Assembly: GCF_009914755.1 (NCBI RefSeq)
Contig: NC_060930.1
Source: the human T2T-CHM13v2.0 reference genome, Homo sapiens
Strand: one strand, 5' to 3'
Length of the DNA stretch: 64,000 bases
This document shows positions 13,640 through 29,230 of this stretch, piece after piece (position 1 is the stretch's first letter; the number at the start of each line of letters is the position of its first letter). The notes beneath the pieces were generated by a model. The model was not told the DNA's origin. It did not search any database and saw only the letters and a program-made list of their open reading frames with translations. The position numbers and the translations under genes were made by a program.

Positions 13640-14210
13640 TTGAAGGAACTTCTATTACAATAATGAGATGTTATAGAAATATGTATGCAAAATACAGTCT
13701 AACACAATAAATACATTCAAAAAAATTTTAAGTAACTTAGCAATCTGTATAAAAAGACTTTCTGAAGTAAGGACACTTTAACCCAGTAATTCCACTTTTA
13801 ACTATCTATCTTAAGGGAATCAAGACTTGCATAAAGATTTATGTGCAAGGTTCTCAGTGTAGCATTATTTGTAAAAGCAAAAAAAAAATGTCCAACAAGG
13901 AACTGTGGCCAAAAAATTATTATAAATAAATGTATTAGAATAATATATAGTCATTAAAATGGTTTTTTGACAAATATTTAACCATGTAGAAAAAAAATCT
14001 CATCATAAAGGTTAAGAGAAAAAAGGAAAAGAATAAATATTCAGCACAAAGCCATCTCCAAACTTAACAAATAAATTTAGGCACGGAACAAAAGCATACT
14101 TAAAATACACCAAGTTAACAGCACAAGAGAGTACTATTATGAATAATTCTTATTCTCTTCTTCAACTTTCCTACATTCTTAAAATAATTACAATGAATAT
14201 GTACTGTTTT
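13640..14210 (+). mobile_element. Ancient L1ME-type 3' fragment
   Basis: acccagtaattccacttttaactatctatcttaaggga...agcattatttgtaaaagcaaaa; degraded L1M 3' end. Confidence 0.65.
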
Positions 14211-14498
14211 TTAAAGGAAGACATATACCAAAAGCAAATCATTTCTGTAATTGGTGCTCAGTGACGGGCTGGTGATAAATGAAAGAACCACAAACAAGAA
14301 AATGAGACCATTTTCCAACAGATGAATGAAAGAAAACCGTGTGCAAACTTCACGAAGCTATGAGTAGCCATTTGGAGGAGGAACTAAATTTTTAAATAAA
14401 CCTTGTGAAAGAGTATGTCATAACTCAAAAATTCCAATACAAAAAGGATGCAGTCTCAGAAGGCATGGCAGAGATGAGGGGTAGCATTTTATCTGTAG

Positions 14499-14515
14499 AC
14501 ACACTCACACACACA

Positions 14516-14546
<31 letters not shown>
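14499..14546 (+). repeat. Compound (CA)n(CT)n microsatellite
   Basis: Seen directly. Confidence 0.95.
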
Positions 14547-14548
<2 letters not shown>

Positions 14549-14686
14549 GCAGTAGAGCAATCAAACAGTAAACATAACAGGAGTGGCTGACCTGGGGCAA
14601 GCCAACCAATTACTTGGGGTGAGGTGATTTCCTCAATTAATAGATACTAAAACTGTAATTATGAGGATGTGAATGTTTGTAGTTTT

Positions 14687-14994
<308 letters not shown>

Positions 14995-15029
14995 TGTAGT
15001 TTTTAAATTAATGTTAAAAAGTGATCTTC

Positions 15030-15900
15030 ACACTTGAACGCACAATCTGGAAAACTTACTGTTATCTTAGTATCCTGTTGTAGTTGTTTTTTTCTGTCAT
15101 CAACTTACCACATTTGATTAACAAGACTGTGTGAGTCTATCCCAGCAGTGTCTACTGACTATGGCTTTTCATCTCCATCCCCAATGTCGTTATTCTCCTG
15201 GACTAGTGCAATAGCCTCCTAACAGCAGTGTCTTCCCCTTCCCATCCACGCCCTCCACCCATGCCAGAATTACCATTCTAAGACACAAATTTTATTATAC
15301 CCTTCCTTACCATTCTTTCTTAGCTCCCACATGGCTACAGAATAAAATCAATCTCATTACGCTGGCAATGAGATGAACTTCCTACCCATTTCCTGTCTAG
15401 AAGGTTCATCTTCCAGCTATGATTAGTTCACCCTACACTTCACCCACTCCAAATAACTTACCTTTCTCCAAAATGTGCTTTGCTTTTCTGACTTCCTGGG
15501 TCCATGGACATGGTTTTCTCTCCTCTGTTTTCTTTGCCTTTGAACCAACTAAATTAGACTCATTTAGGATGGCATTTGGGCATTAGTACTTTTTAAGCCC
15601 CCAGGTGATTCAAATGTGCAGCTAAATGTTAAGAGCCACTTATCTAGTCTCTATTCAAGCATTTCCCTCCCTGCACTCTATTGATTTTGGTATCTATGTC
15701 CCCAATACTTCTTCCTATCCCTCCCAGAAAACAGAATCAATCAATAGCAGGGACTTGACCATTCATACATTCCTTCATCCAATGGATGCTATGTGCCAGG
15801 CATTATTCATCTTCATATCTGAGCTCCTTCTTCTTTCCTTCCACCTAGCTACCATATAACTGGGCACAGAATAAGACTCAGTGACAATGTGTTACATTTC
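15030..15900 (+). mobile_element. L2 3' fragment with a small MER5-type piece (about 15560-15640)
   Basis: ctcctggactagtgcaatagcctcctaac and ctgggcacagaataagactcagtgac L2 motifs; ccccaggtgattcaaatgtgcagc MER5 motif. Confidence 0.6.
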
Positions 15901-16920
15901 AATGAAACCATCACTAGGCTTTTCAAGCATTTCATCAATATCTTAAATAGCTTTTTCTTAAAGAGCAATCAGTTAGCAAAGGTGATAGGTTCTTCTTCTT
16001 TATTACATTAACTTCATGTAATTTAGGGCTGGAAAGGGTCTTAGAATTGTCCTTAGAATAAAACACTAGGAGTAGCATTTGTCCTGAGCAATTTACCTCA
16101 AACAACAAAAATTGGTTTTCTTCTTGGTAAATGTAGGTAAAACAATTCCTTCACAGAAGAATAAATATACTTTAAAGGGGTTCATTTCTCATTTCTCTTC
16201 TCATTTCTTTTTTGTTAGGACAAGAAGAAGAAAACACGCCCAAAAGACGACATTTATTATATTAAATTGGTATAGTCTTCTCAAGTACTCATGTAATGTA
16301 ATACTTAACTGAAAATTTTCTCAGCCACTACCCTCCTAAGGCTCCCTTATCTCTATGGAGCAAATCAAAGTCCTCTTCCCACTCGTTAAAACCTTCCTCC
16401 AGGACCCTGCTAACCCCTCCCCCACCCTCCTTCATTAGCCCACCATCTCACCATCCTGAAGGCACAGTCTTTGCAATAAATTTTGCTAATCTCCCAAACA
16501 CAGCTTGCTTACTCTTTTCTTCCTGCCACAAACGATTCCCTTTTTGACTCTCACATGGAAAGGGAACAGTAATGCTGATTTTATTTACTTTTTTTTTGCC
16601 TTTCCCTAAGCCTTTTATACGGGCAGTTAATTAAATTTGGATTTCATTAGCTCAATCTGTTTCAGGAAACAGAAAAATCAAAACAAGCAAAATATTTAAA
16701 GCCTCCCTTGATAAGTCTTAAAAACTGGCCAGTCAGAAACCATCTTAGTGTTTGGGCTACAAACTAGGCCATGATATAGTTTATGCAAGGTTTAAACAGG
16801 GCAAATTCAAAACAAGTCTGTTAGAGAAGAGACCATCCATAAAATGAATTGAGGAAAGGTCAGTTTGATACTAAGCTGCATGCACTGAGCACTGCGCTAT
16901 CACTGTCATTCAGTTACAAA

Positions 16921-17108
16921 TACACATGTACACACACTAATTTGTACACAAACACATGTGAACACACTCACACATGCAGGCATACATACACGCACACATA
17001 CCAATACCCATGTATACACAAATACACTCATATACAGATACACGTACACATACAAATACCCATGCATACACACATACACTCATATATGCACACATGTATA
17101 AATGCACA
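16921..17108 (+). repeat. Degenerate (TACA/CA)n low-complexity tract
   Basis: Seen directly; accounts for the His/Thr-rich ORF 16849-17205. Confidence 0.85.
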
Positions 17109-17883
17109 CTTAAGCACACTTGCATTTTATTTCCCAAATAAAATTCTAAGTTCCGTGAGGCTGATACCATGTAAGCTACTTTTTTTATATTCCCATAGCA
17201 TTTAGCACGGGGCTGAGCACGTAGTAAGTACTGAACAAGTACAAGTTAACTCAAAATGTTTACACGGTTTTGTGAATTGGTATGCCTAAATTTCTAATTA
17301 TTTTTGTCTTACTTACATTAACTTAATAACTTGTTTTTTCCAACTGAAAACTGTGGATAATAGCCTCTACTTACCTCACAGGGTTATAGTGATACTCAAA
17401 GCAGATAATCCTCGACCATATACACTATAAAGTGATATACAAGTATGAGAAGGGGCCATCATCTCCTAACATTCTATAGAAATAAGCCTGGAGAGGAAAA
17501 GAATGTTCCTAGAGAGAGATGAAACTATCTCAAGGCAGAATTTCAATTTTCTTTTCTGAAAAGAGTAGCTTTATTTTGTTACCTTCTTGGCTTTTATTTG
17601 AAGATAACACTGATTTGACTTTAATCTTTCATTTATCATATTAATTGCTCTTAGGAAAACAATAAATAAAAGGTGGGAGAATCACTGCTGACATTCAGAT
17701 CTATGAGTAGATTTCCATATTAATAGAAATCAAAAATGATCAATCCTCACATTGAGGCTAAAAGATACGAAAGACATGATGTTGAACTTGATCTGCCACT
17801 AAATGGAGGTGCTTCAAGACTACTTGACATATTTGAAGCAGGATATTTTATCATAGGATTGTATTTTTCAAACTCTTTTACAT

Positions 17884-18773
17884 TGTGGCCCGGCGGTGGA
17901 AAAAATAATGGCTCCCCAAAAATGTCCGTGTCCTAATCTTCAGAACCTGTGAATATGTTAGGTTACACAGCAAACAGGATGATATGTTTGGCTCTGTGTC
18001 CCCAACCAAATCTCATGTTGAATTGTAATCCTTAGTGTTGGAGGAGGGGCCCAATAGGAGGTGACTGGATCATGGGAGAAGACTTTCCCCTTGCTGTTCT
18101 CATGATATTGAGTGAGTTCTCATGAGATCTGGTTATTTACAAGTGTGTAGCACCTCCCCCTTCTCTCTTTCTCTCCTGATTTGCCATGTGAAGAAGATGT
18201 GCTTCCTTCCTCTTCGCCTTTACCATGATTGTAAGTTTCCTGAGGCCTCCCCAGCCATGCTTCCTGTACAGCCTAGAGAACCGTGAGCTAATTAAACCTC
18301 TTTTATTCATAAGTTACCCAGTCTCAGGTAGTTCTTTATAGCAATGTGAGAATGGACTAATACAGAGGAAATAAGATTTCTAATCAACTGACTTTGAGAC
18401 ATGGAGACTATACTGGATTATCCAGATAGGCCGTAAGTAATCACAAGGGTTCTTACAAGTAGAAGAGGGAGAGAGCAGAGGAGGTCAGAGTGATGTGATG
18501 TGAGAAGGATTCAGCCTATCATTGCTGCCTTTGAAGATGGAGGGAGAGGTCACAAGCCAAAGAATGCAGGTAGCCTCTAGAAACTAAACAAGGCAAGGAC
18601 AAGGATTCTTCCCTAGGGCCACCAGAAGGAGTACAGCCCAGTCAACATCTTGATTTTAGCCCAGTGAGACCCGTGAGTGAGTTCTAATCTATAAAATTAA
18701 GGTAACATATTTGTTTGTTTTAAACCACTAAATGTTTGGCAAGTTGTTGCAGCAGCAATAGGAAGCTAATACA
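17884..18773 (+). mobile_element. MLT1D/E LTR split by an MSTA insertion
   Basis: aataatggctccccaaaaatgtcc...gaacctgtgaatatgtta then resumes after 18364 and ends ggaagctaataca. Confidence 0.8.
17980..18364 (+). mobile_element. MSTA-family solo LTR nested in MLT1
   Basis: tgatatgtttggctctgtgtcccc...ggactaataca; TSD cagga/gagga. Confidence 0.87.
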
Positions 18774-20216
18774 GGTCCCCATACAAACATTCATGCAGCA
18801 AAAGTTACATGAAATAACACTTATCTTTCTGCATGGAATGCTGATAGTTTCTATTCTACTCCAGCTTATTACATTTAAAAAAAAAAAAAGAAAAAAAAAG
18901 GAAATGCTGGCTATTTGACTGCATGACCCACTAAAGGGTTTCACAGCACTCTGGTGTGGAAAACACTCCCCTAGATAATACAGGTTAGGATTGCTGTGGT
19001 ACACTTTAAATACAAATAAAGAAGAAAATTAGTTACAATTATAGCGAAATCATAAAAAGTACAAGTACTTTTACTGTACAAGTACAAGTAAAAATGATTC
19101 CTGCAATTATGCTCAAGAGATGAATAAATTTTAAAATGACTCAGTGTTTGCTGACTTTGAAGTCACACTCCCTGTTTTCACACTACACTTACCTCCTAAG
19201 GGCCAGCCAAGATACAAGAGCCAGTGAAAGAGCAGAAAGAGTAGATAAAAGGGCAGGTGCTTATGATCACCTGTCACTCAGTATCTGTTTGGGGGTTCAG
19301 AGTATACAAGCCAAAACCAAGGAAGCCCGAGGGCCAGCTATCTGGGAACCAGTTAGCACTTTAATGATTAGCTGCCATTCACGGTTCCTGAAACCTGGGG
19401 ATGCACAGGAATAGACAATACTGTGCTAAAAGTGTCAGAGGTAATGATAGCAGTACAGTGATGAAAGAGGATTATCAATACTCATAGCAATGATTTTAAA
19501 GTTCTGACCTGTATATCACAGTGTCTGTGCCCCTGTAAATTACAAGAATTCCCTATTGGGATGAAAAGTTTTAGTATTCTTAAAGGGTTATCACTTTATA
19601 AAATGATACAAACTCTGAGTCCTAAGCTATGTAAAATTGCCATATTATTTAAATTCTCCAAGTCTTGGTCATATTAACTTTAAAATGGAGACAAATTTTC
19701 CCCTTTAGAGACTAAAAGCAACATAGGTAAAGTGTGCCTAACAAAGCTCCTGACACAGTGCAGGCCCACTTGGTTGCAATTATTCATTACTGTGTTCACT
19801 CATTCATTCTTACTGATATTAACCAATTTCTCAATTCTTAAGGATATGCATTGAGCACCATGCTAGCAGCTAAAAGAAAGTTTCGATAAACATGTCAGCT
19901 TTCTCTCCACTTTGGGACTGTCATTCTTGTGACGCCAGAGTTCCTTCCAGCAATATACAATGAGACAAAGTACATAACATCTAAGGGTTCTGAGAGAATC
20001 CTTGCAGCTTGTACATATGTTGGCAAGCACTGAACTACAGTTAATTTCCAGCACCTATAATAAGTAGCAAACAAACAGAGCGTGCATCTTCACCTAAAAT
20101 GCACATTATGGGACTATTTTCTCTCTGCTAAGGTTTTATGATAATACCTGGTTCTGAAACTTTATGTAGTCTCCAGCATCTAGAAAAGCCCATAGTAAAT
20201 GCTCAGTAGATATATG

Positions 20217-20790
20217 TGTGTAGGATAAATGCCCTTGATAGTAATAATTTAACCATACTCTTAGAATGACCCTGTATAGCTAGATGCACCTGAATATGTG
20301 TTCTGAGCTAGGGAATCCGGGAATACCAACCTGGAGAGTCATTGATTACCTGATAGGAACATCTTAGCCCCTGGCCCCTTTCTTGGAACACAGGCTGTAC
20401 AGGGGATTGAGGTCTTGAGTTTTAGGTTAAATGAAGGTTGCCAGATGGAGGTCGTTAAGGGGAGGCTATTATGTGAAAACGCTATATAAACTGCCTGATG
20501 TTTGCAACCAGTTGCGGTTTTGGTTTTCCTGCCCAGCCCACAGCCACTGGGCTGGGCAGTTATCTTGTGTAGCCCACCACCATTGGACTGTAGGAAGGCT
20601 GATACCTTGTCCAGCCCACCGCCACTGAATATGAGGCGGTTCCTAATCCAGCCCTCTGCCACTGGACTGTCTTCTTTGTAAGTAACCCCCTATTAAAACC
20701 CCATGTCTCACTTGCCAGCTCTAGGTCCCTTCTTCAGCCTCTTGAATGTGGCGCCTTCCCTGTTGAGGTTAACAGAGGTTTGGCACAACA
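20217..20790 (+). mobile_element. LTR32-like ERVL solo LTR inserted in an L2 tail
   Basis: agaatgaccctgtatagctagatgcacctgaatatgtgttctgagctagggaatccggg; TATA-like ctatataaa; ends gcacaaca; L2 (gaat)n tail resumes after. Confidence 0.78.
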
Positions 20791-20862
20791 GAATGAATAA
20801 ATAAATGAATTAGCAAACAGATAAAGAGATGAGCTGGGTTGACCTTGCCCTGATCTAGAGAT

Positions 20863-21584
<722 letters not shown>

Positions 21585-21617
21585 CTCTACACCTTTGAAT
21601 AGCACTTCTGCTTGCCA

Positions 21618-22357
21618 CTAAAAATGTGATCCATGGACCAGCGACTGGGCATTACCCGGGAGCTTGTCAGAAATGCAGAATCTTGGGCCCCACCTCAGAC
21701 CTACTGCATCACTCAGGGTCAAGGGAAGGGAAAGAAACCACAGCAGTTATCTGAACAGTGAGAATCTTGTATAAAGAACTGTTAACTAGGGATAAAGTTA
21801 ACTAGGTAATTGAAAGAGTAAAAGTAAAACTCTAACAATATATTATGGAGGTAACAATTGCAGAAAGCAGCTCCAACTCTAGAGTTAGGGGAACAAAAAG
21901 AAAGAGATTGGATCCCTGAGAAAGGGGCAGTTTCTTGGCCAGTGCTGGGGTGTTTGAAGGGGCAAGGTAAAGTTCATTTTGAGAGCACTGGAAAAAAAAC
22001 TGCAAACTGGAAGCTGCTACCACAGAAAGGAACCGCTGCTGCCAGACTGAAGCAGCATTGCTGGGATGATACAGAAGCTGCAAACAGGCAGATGCCTTCT
22101 CCCACTTCTGGCCTTGCAGTCTCCCCCTGGCACCCACTACTGCAAAAGCTGAGCACAAAGTAGTGGGTGCTAGAGGGAGACTAAGAGCCAAAATGCGGGT
22201 CGCAGAGTCTAGCTCCAACACCACAAAGCAGAGCTTAGGAGGGTGGGTTTGGAGTTGAGAGGCAATAGCTGTAACTGGCACAGCTACTGAATCAGACTCG
22301 GCATTGTAGCAAGAACCCCAAGGGATTCTTACATGCACTATACTGTGAAAAGTCCTG
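21618..22357. mobile_element. MER5A split by an LTR
   Basis: gggagcttgtcagaaatgcagaatcttgggccccacctcagacctac, resuming tgaatcagactcggcatt after 22287. Confidence 0.78.
21705..22282 (-). mobile_element. LTR41/LTR33-like ERVL solo LTR
   Basis: Minus strand starts tgtgccagttacagctattgcctctcaactcc; TG..CA termini; 5-bp TSD cctac/gctac inside MER5A. Confidence 0.75.
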
Positions 22358-22526
22358 TGTTAGAGGATGTCACTCTATCTTGACTTCTAAAATAAGTTAT
22401 CTCCTGTTAGTCAGTAGCTTGGCAGCAATCCCCATTTTAAAATAATCACAATTCGTTCCCTAATGCTGAAGATACAAACCACTACTTCACCGTGGTTTAT
22501 CATCTTACATGTAAAGACTATTTTCA

Positions 22527-22834
<308 letters not shown>

Positions 22835-25047
22835 TCAATGGGATGAAGAAATGAGTTCAGTCAAGGTGTTATCTCTAAAGTTAGATATTTTCTTGCCTGT
22901 TACTCTGCTTTTGTTTAAAATTATTACAAACATCTTTTTCTTGGTCCTTCCTTAATTGCCCGAGTAAATTCAAAAACTTCACTTTGAATTTATATATGGT
23001 GTAATTAATATCAACAAAACAGGGACCCCCCCCCCCTCCCCCGCCAAAGAGAGTCTGGGTTCTTGAACTCACCAGGGAAATAGTAAGTCCAGGCATTAAG
23101 TTTTTGTTTTTTGTTTTGTTTTGCTTTTTGTTTTTCCCCCATGCAGGTGCCTCAGCCTCTCACAGAGAAAGCCCTGTTAGCCAGAGCTTGGAGTATCTCC
23201 CTCTACCAGGCATCTGGCAAATGTGCCTGGTTCACCACAAGGGATACCAGGTGGGAGAACATAGTAGCTCAGTGCCAACACATGGACACAGCTGAAGAAA
23301 TAACTGGTCAGTGCATGACCTTCTTAGGGGCATCAGCATATTCTCCTAGGTAACATCCACACACTGACAACACATTCCCTGAGCCAGGGTCTATTTGTGA
23401 ATATTCCTGTATGCTTCTGCCACCCAGTGGAGGATCTCTAACTCAAGCTTAGATTGTAATTGTAAAGTCTAGTATTTTGAATTTAAATCTTAAGCATAAT
23501 TATTCCTGAAAGTTGTCAATCCTTTTAACAATTGTATTAAAACATCATTTAAAGTAGGATGCATTCATGTATGTGTTAATATAAAGTATATATACATATG
23601 TATTCAATTTTATGCTTAAAAATTTATAGTATGCTTTTATCATTAGACTAGCTCATATCAAAGTGCAAATAAAAAGTGATATTTTTCAAATCTAGGAAGA
23701 TTCTGAATAATTTTAAAATACACTAAGATTGAGTTTGCATTGAATCTACAGTGAAAGCAGAAGTTTCCGTATATTTGTGCATGTTCAGTTTTTAGTTTTA
23801 AACACATTATTAATTCTCTTTCAACTTTTACGTGAAATAAAATTAAGTAATGTAAAAAGTGTCAATAATTTTGATTCAAAAGTTCTCATCTGTGTTCCAG
23901 ATTTGCCAAAACAATGTCATTTTATACGATCATTGTCTTGTATATAGGATTCTTTTTCTCACATGTTTTATGAGTCATGTATTCTGAAATTTTCAGGTTT
24001 TTTAAAGTTTCCATGACATATGACATTAAGGATTCTTTTAGTGTAGATGAATGAGCTGATGAATAAATATGAAGATAAAGATATTATGACAGTCTTCAGA
24101 CAACAACAAAAAAGGTGTAACTCACTATAATCATATTTACTATGTAGAAACTAGAAGACCTAGTGTCCAGTATTAAAAGAAAAACCCAATGTTAAACTGT
24201 CATATAAATGTATTAATTTTAATCATTAATGAAATAAAACATGAGATTATAGATAAAAATCTCTTCTAACTTTCACATTTCCTTAGGCAGCTTTGACTTG
24301 GTTGCCAAAAATATCTTATGGAAATCTTGATTTAAAATGAAAATTATCAAATAAATCTAAGAATTACTATGAAAAATTTATGATGAAGACACATGAAAGC
24401 TGATAATGATTTGGATTTTGAAATTTAATTAAAATAAATGAAAAAGTCCCATGAAAATTTCCAAACAGTTGGCTAATTATGCAAAATGCATTCAGCCATG
24501 AGAAACTTTTATGAAAGGAAGAAAGGTTTCTATTGTATTAAGTTGCAACTGAACTTGAACTGTAACAGCTGAGATGCGCTAGCGCCTTTTGGAATTTATC
24601 CTGGTTTATTGCAAAGTGCATATGGTGAAAACTGCATGTGGTGAGTCAAACGTAATTAAAATAAAACCACAAAATTGATTTGAAATGGCAATTTAGTTGA
24701 ACCAGAACTGAACTCAAATTGTTATGTTACTCTACCAGTCATAATCACACTAAACTCCTATCTTTACTATACTAAATGGGACTATCACTTACAATTATAT
24801 TTTGACTCTGAATCAAACAAAAAGGCAAGATTGAATTAAGTAGCAAATCTCTACTGCCTTTGTGAATTTATTGCATTGTGTGAGGGCTTAACTTTGCCAT
24901 TTTCAGTCAAAACTGAAAATCAATCAATACATTCCATAGATTAAAAACTTTCAAAGGGTCAAGAAATAATGCATAATGTTCTACGGTGCATATAAAATAC
25001 ATTGCATATTTCTACAATGTATATTCAAGTGAAAAGCAATTTCACAT

Positions 25048-26770
25048 ATTTTTTGTTTATAATGTTAGGCTTTAGGTTTATAGAAAACTGATCAGAATAT
25101 TGAGAATTCCTGTCTATTGCCTTTGCCCATATACACACATATATTTTCACCTATTTTTAACATCTTGCATTAGTGTGGTATATTTGTTACAACTGATGCA
25201 CTACTGATACGGCAATACTAACGATAGCCCATAATTTACATTAGGGGTCACTGTTTGTGTTACACATTCTATGGGCTTTGACAAATGTATAATGTGTATA
25301 GTGGTATCTCATTGTTTTAATGTACAGTTCTCTAAATGACAAATGATGTTGAGTATCTCCTGTATGTTTATTTTTTGGTGAGGCGTCTGTTCAGATCTTT
25401 TGCTCATATTTTAGTTGGGTCATTTGCTTTTGTATTTTTGAGTTTTAAAAGGAGTTCTTTGTATATTTTGGATACTAGCCCTTTATCAGATATGGTGGCA
25501 GAAATTTTTTTCCCAGTCAGTGGCTGTTTCTTCCCTCTCTTAAAAGTGTCTTTCACAAAGCAGAAGTTTTTAATTTTAATAAAGTCCAACTTCTCAATTT
25601 TTCTTTCATGAATAGTGTTTTTGGTATTGTATATAAAAAAGTCAAAGTCACTTAAGAGTTTCTCCTGTGTTATCTTCCAGCTGTTCTACAGTTTTGCATT
25701 TTGCATGTACGTCTATGATCCATTTTGAGTTAATTTTTGTGAAGGGTGCAAGGTCTGTGTTTGGAATCTTTTTCATTTTATTTTATTTTTTTTACTCATG
25801 GGTATTCAATTATTCCAGTAGCATTTGTTGAAAAGATTGGGTTTTTTTCTATTGAATTGCCTTTGTCCTTCGTCAAAGATCAGTTGACTACATTCATGTG
25901 AGTCTATTTCTGGGCTCCCTGTTCCATTCCATTGGTCTATTTGCCTGTTCTTTCACCAGTACCACACTGTTTTGAATACTGTAGCTTCATAGTAAGTTTT
26001 GAAGTCCAGCTATGTTGACCTGCTGACTTTGCTTTTCTCCTTCAATATGTTTTTATTCTGGGTCTTTTGACTTTTCAAATAAACTTTAGAATCAGTTTGT
26101 CAACATCCACAAAGTAACTTGTTGAGATTTTATTAGGATTCCATTGAATCCATAGATGAAGTTAGGAGGAAATGACATCTTAATATTGAGTCTTCCTTTC
26201 ATTGTATATGGAGTATCTTTTCATTTATTTAGATTTTCTTTGATTTCTTTCATCAGAGTTTTGTACTCTTTTCCTCACATAGATTTTGGACATATTCTGT
26301 AAAATTTATACCTGTTTATTTCTTTTTGGAGCTAATCTGAATAGTATTATATTTTTAATTTTAAATTTCAATTATTCATTCCTGGTATATAGGGAAAAAA
26401 TTGACTTTTTATTAACTTTATATCCTGCAACTTTGCTATGAGTAAGGTTGCTTATTAGTATTAGGATTTTTTTGTTGATTCCTTGGGATTTTCCACATAG
26501 ACAATCATGTCATCTGAAAACAATTTTATTTCTTCCCTTCCAGTTGGTATACCTTTGATTTACTTTTCATGTCTTTTTACATTATCTAGGACTTACAGTA
26601 TGATATTGAATAGGGGTAGTGAGAGGAGACATCCTTGCCTTATTCCTGATCTTAGTGAGAAAGCATCTAGTTTCTCATCATTAAGTATGATGTTAGCTAT
26701 AAGTTTTTTACAGATGTTCTTTATCAAGTTGAGGAAGTTCCCTCCATTCCTAGTTTATTGAGATATTGGT
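25048..26770 (-). mobile_element. L1MC/MD-type fragment (3'UTR and ORF2 C-terminal part)
   Basis: ORF 25404-25589 DFIKIKNFCFVKDT..ISDKGLVSKIYKEL; 3'UTR motif ttctatgggctttgacaaatgtataatg. Confidence 0.85.
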
Positions 26771-28779
26771 TGATTTTAATGTAAATATTAGTATATTTCA
26801 GCATTAAAGTAATCAAAATCTGTCTTAAAACATGGTAGGTACTCTTTTCTTGTCTAACATAAAATTTTTAAGTAACAACATATCCAATATATATCATATT
26901 TTTAAATGAAGATAAGAAATGGGCAATCCAATTAACTTGCAATGGGTATAGTTAAACAGCAAGGGCATTTTCCAGTCTTCAGTGAAAACTATATTTAAGC
27001 AAAACAATTCTCCAATCTTCCTGGTCACAATCACTTCTTTAAACTATTGTATCTACTAATGACTTTAAAATTTGGTCCATGATACTTAGCTGTATCTCCA
27101 GTTACCTCATATCTATAATGATACGTTTAAAGTATTACGTTCCCTCTCATTTTCTCTTGATACACAGACAGGTACCACCTATAATAAACATCCAAAGGCA
27201 ATTTCGTAATTTGTTTCATTCACTCTGGGTTGTTAACATATACACTGTATGTTATCCCAGGTTTCCTCCTATGACAATATTTAGGCTGTGTCTTGAATTA
27301 TAGTGAACCAACATTTCAGAAGAAATATACAAATTCAGGGATGGTGAGATTGGAGGGGTTCATGTAAAATTCCTATAATACTAACCACCAACATTTTACA
27401 TTTTGTTTCTAGAAAAATACCCACAAGTGTCCATAAAACACTTGAGAAATCATGTACTCTAGGCACTAAATATATGAAATGGATTACAGGAATGGAAATA
27501 TGCCACATTTTATCAAAGATGGGTTTCCAATATGATTTTCTAACCTCATATTCTTCATCATTGACATGACTAGCAACCCAAATTAGGCTCAACCTAGGCT
27601 ATTACCATCCATGAGCTGTCTGAAGGCCCTTCAACTCTTTACCCACTTATTTAAATTTTAGTCAGCAGAACTTTTGTTGTAGCTTTATCATAATAGTCTT
27701 CTGCTATATTAAATTGCCAATCTCCCATAGAGATACAATACAGAGCCCAAACTTTTTTTAATTTTTAAAGGAGGGGAATTAAATGCAGGCCAAAATGACA
27801 ACATATTTCAATAGAAGAAAGACTCAACACAGATTAAGTTGCCATGCGCATGAGTTACTCAGCATGAATAAAAGCCTGGACAAGTGAAAACTGGTTTCTA
27901 TATTCCCTGTCCTTTGAAGTCATCTCAGTAAATTCCTCCCCAAAAAAACCTGCAAATCTCAGAATTCCCTTCAAATTACTTCATTGTTTTTTTTATTCTC
28001 TTCTGCTTAAATCAGGTGAAACTTGAGGTTACTTGTCACTACCTTAAAATTTAATCAGTAGTCCTCTGGACTTACAAAGACAGACAGGTCCCTTTATATG
28101 GGCCAACATACTCATTTTTACTTTGCTTAATGTTCTGGCATATTGTGAAACAATTCCAAGTGTGTAAAGGGTACTTAAAAATAGTTAAGAATATTTACTA
28201 TACTCTTTTACTGACTGTAACTTATTTGGCTTCATGAGCAACTGGCTGTTCTAACTCTGATCAAAGAATCACTTGGTTTTTTATTGATGGCAATGTGAAA
28301 AGTAAAATCCCTAAAAAACAAGCATGTTTTACAATGATAATAAAATGAGATATTGGAAAGTAGAAACAAGTTATACACAATGAAGTTATGGTTCTCAAAA
28401 GGTCACAACACTCTGGACTGATGGCATCTAAATGCCATTATTATGACTCAGAATTTTGCCTTCAAGCCACTGAACATTATGTTACAGTTAGGGTTTAAAA
28501 GCTGGTAGCCGTCTATCATTTTTATCCTTTGGTTGGGGCCTCAATTCTGCACTGTTCATTCTTTTGGGGTGCACATTTCTCTAGACCTTAGAAGGGGCAT
28601 CTGGAAGATGACAAAATCCTGGTGTGGAACCAGAATATCTGGCTCTAACACTTAAGAGTTGTGTCAGTGTGAGCAAGCTTTTTGGTTTTCCTGGAGTTCA
28701 ATTTCTTTTATGAAAGTAATATAGTAATACGGATGCTAAATTAAAAAAAAAAAAAAACCTTGCACACATGGTTGTCACC

Positions 28780-29230
28780 AAGCAAGTGAACAGATTGGAA
28801 GGCGCCAAGTCCAATGGTGAAGGGAATACTCCGGAAGATGTGGCCACAGTTCAGGAGAGGTGATGGTGACTAGAATTAATGTGAGCCAACAGGTTTGCAG
28901 AACAAAAAACAATTTTAGATATATTTAACTATTAAAATCAATAGAATTTGAGTTAAATGGGATGCAGTTAAGTCAGGGTGGTGTCGCGTATCATTCTCAG
29001 ATGTCTGTCTCAGGCAGTTGCAAACTTGGGGTGCCTTTCACTGAAACAGTAAGAGCAGGGAGTAGATTTGACAGTGGGATGGTTGAGGATGGGAATCAGA
29101 AGCAGTTGAGTTTGTTGTCTCTGTAACCTATAATGTGCAACTGGGAGCCAGACATGTGGTCTGAGGATGAAGGAGAAATGATCTAAAAATAGTAATAAGG
29201 AGTGAAAAGGACACCACCCCACTCTCAGCC
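28780..29230 (-). mobile_element. L2 fragment
   Basis: Degraded L2 antisense motifs (ggagaggtgatggtgactaga, ggtgcctttcactgaaacag). Confidence 0.55.

Noticed and set aside
16849-17205. 118-aa His/Thr-rich ORF
   Set aside because: Translation of a (CA/TACA)n tract.
21832-22338. 168-aa minus-strand ORF
   Set aside because: Spans MER5A and the LTR41-like repeat; no recognisable domain.
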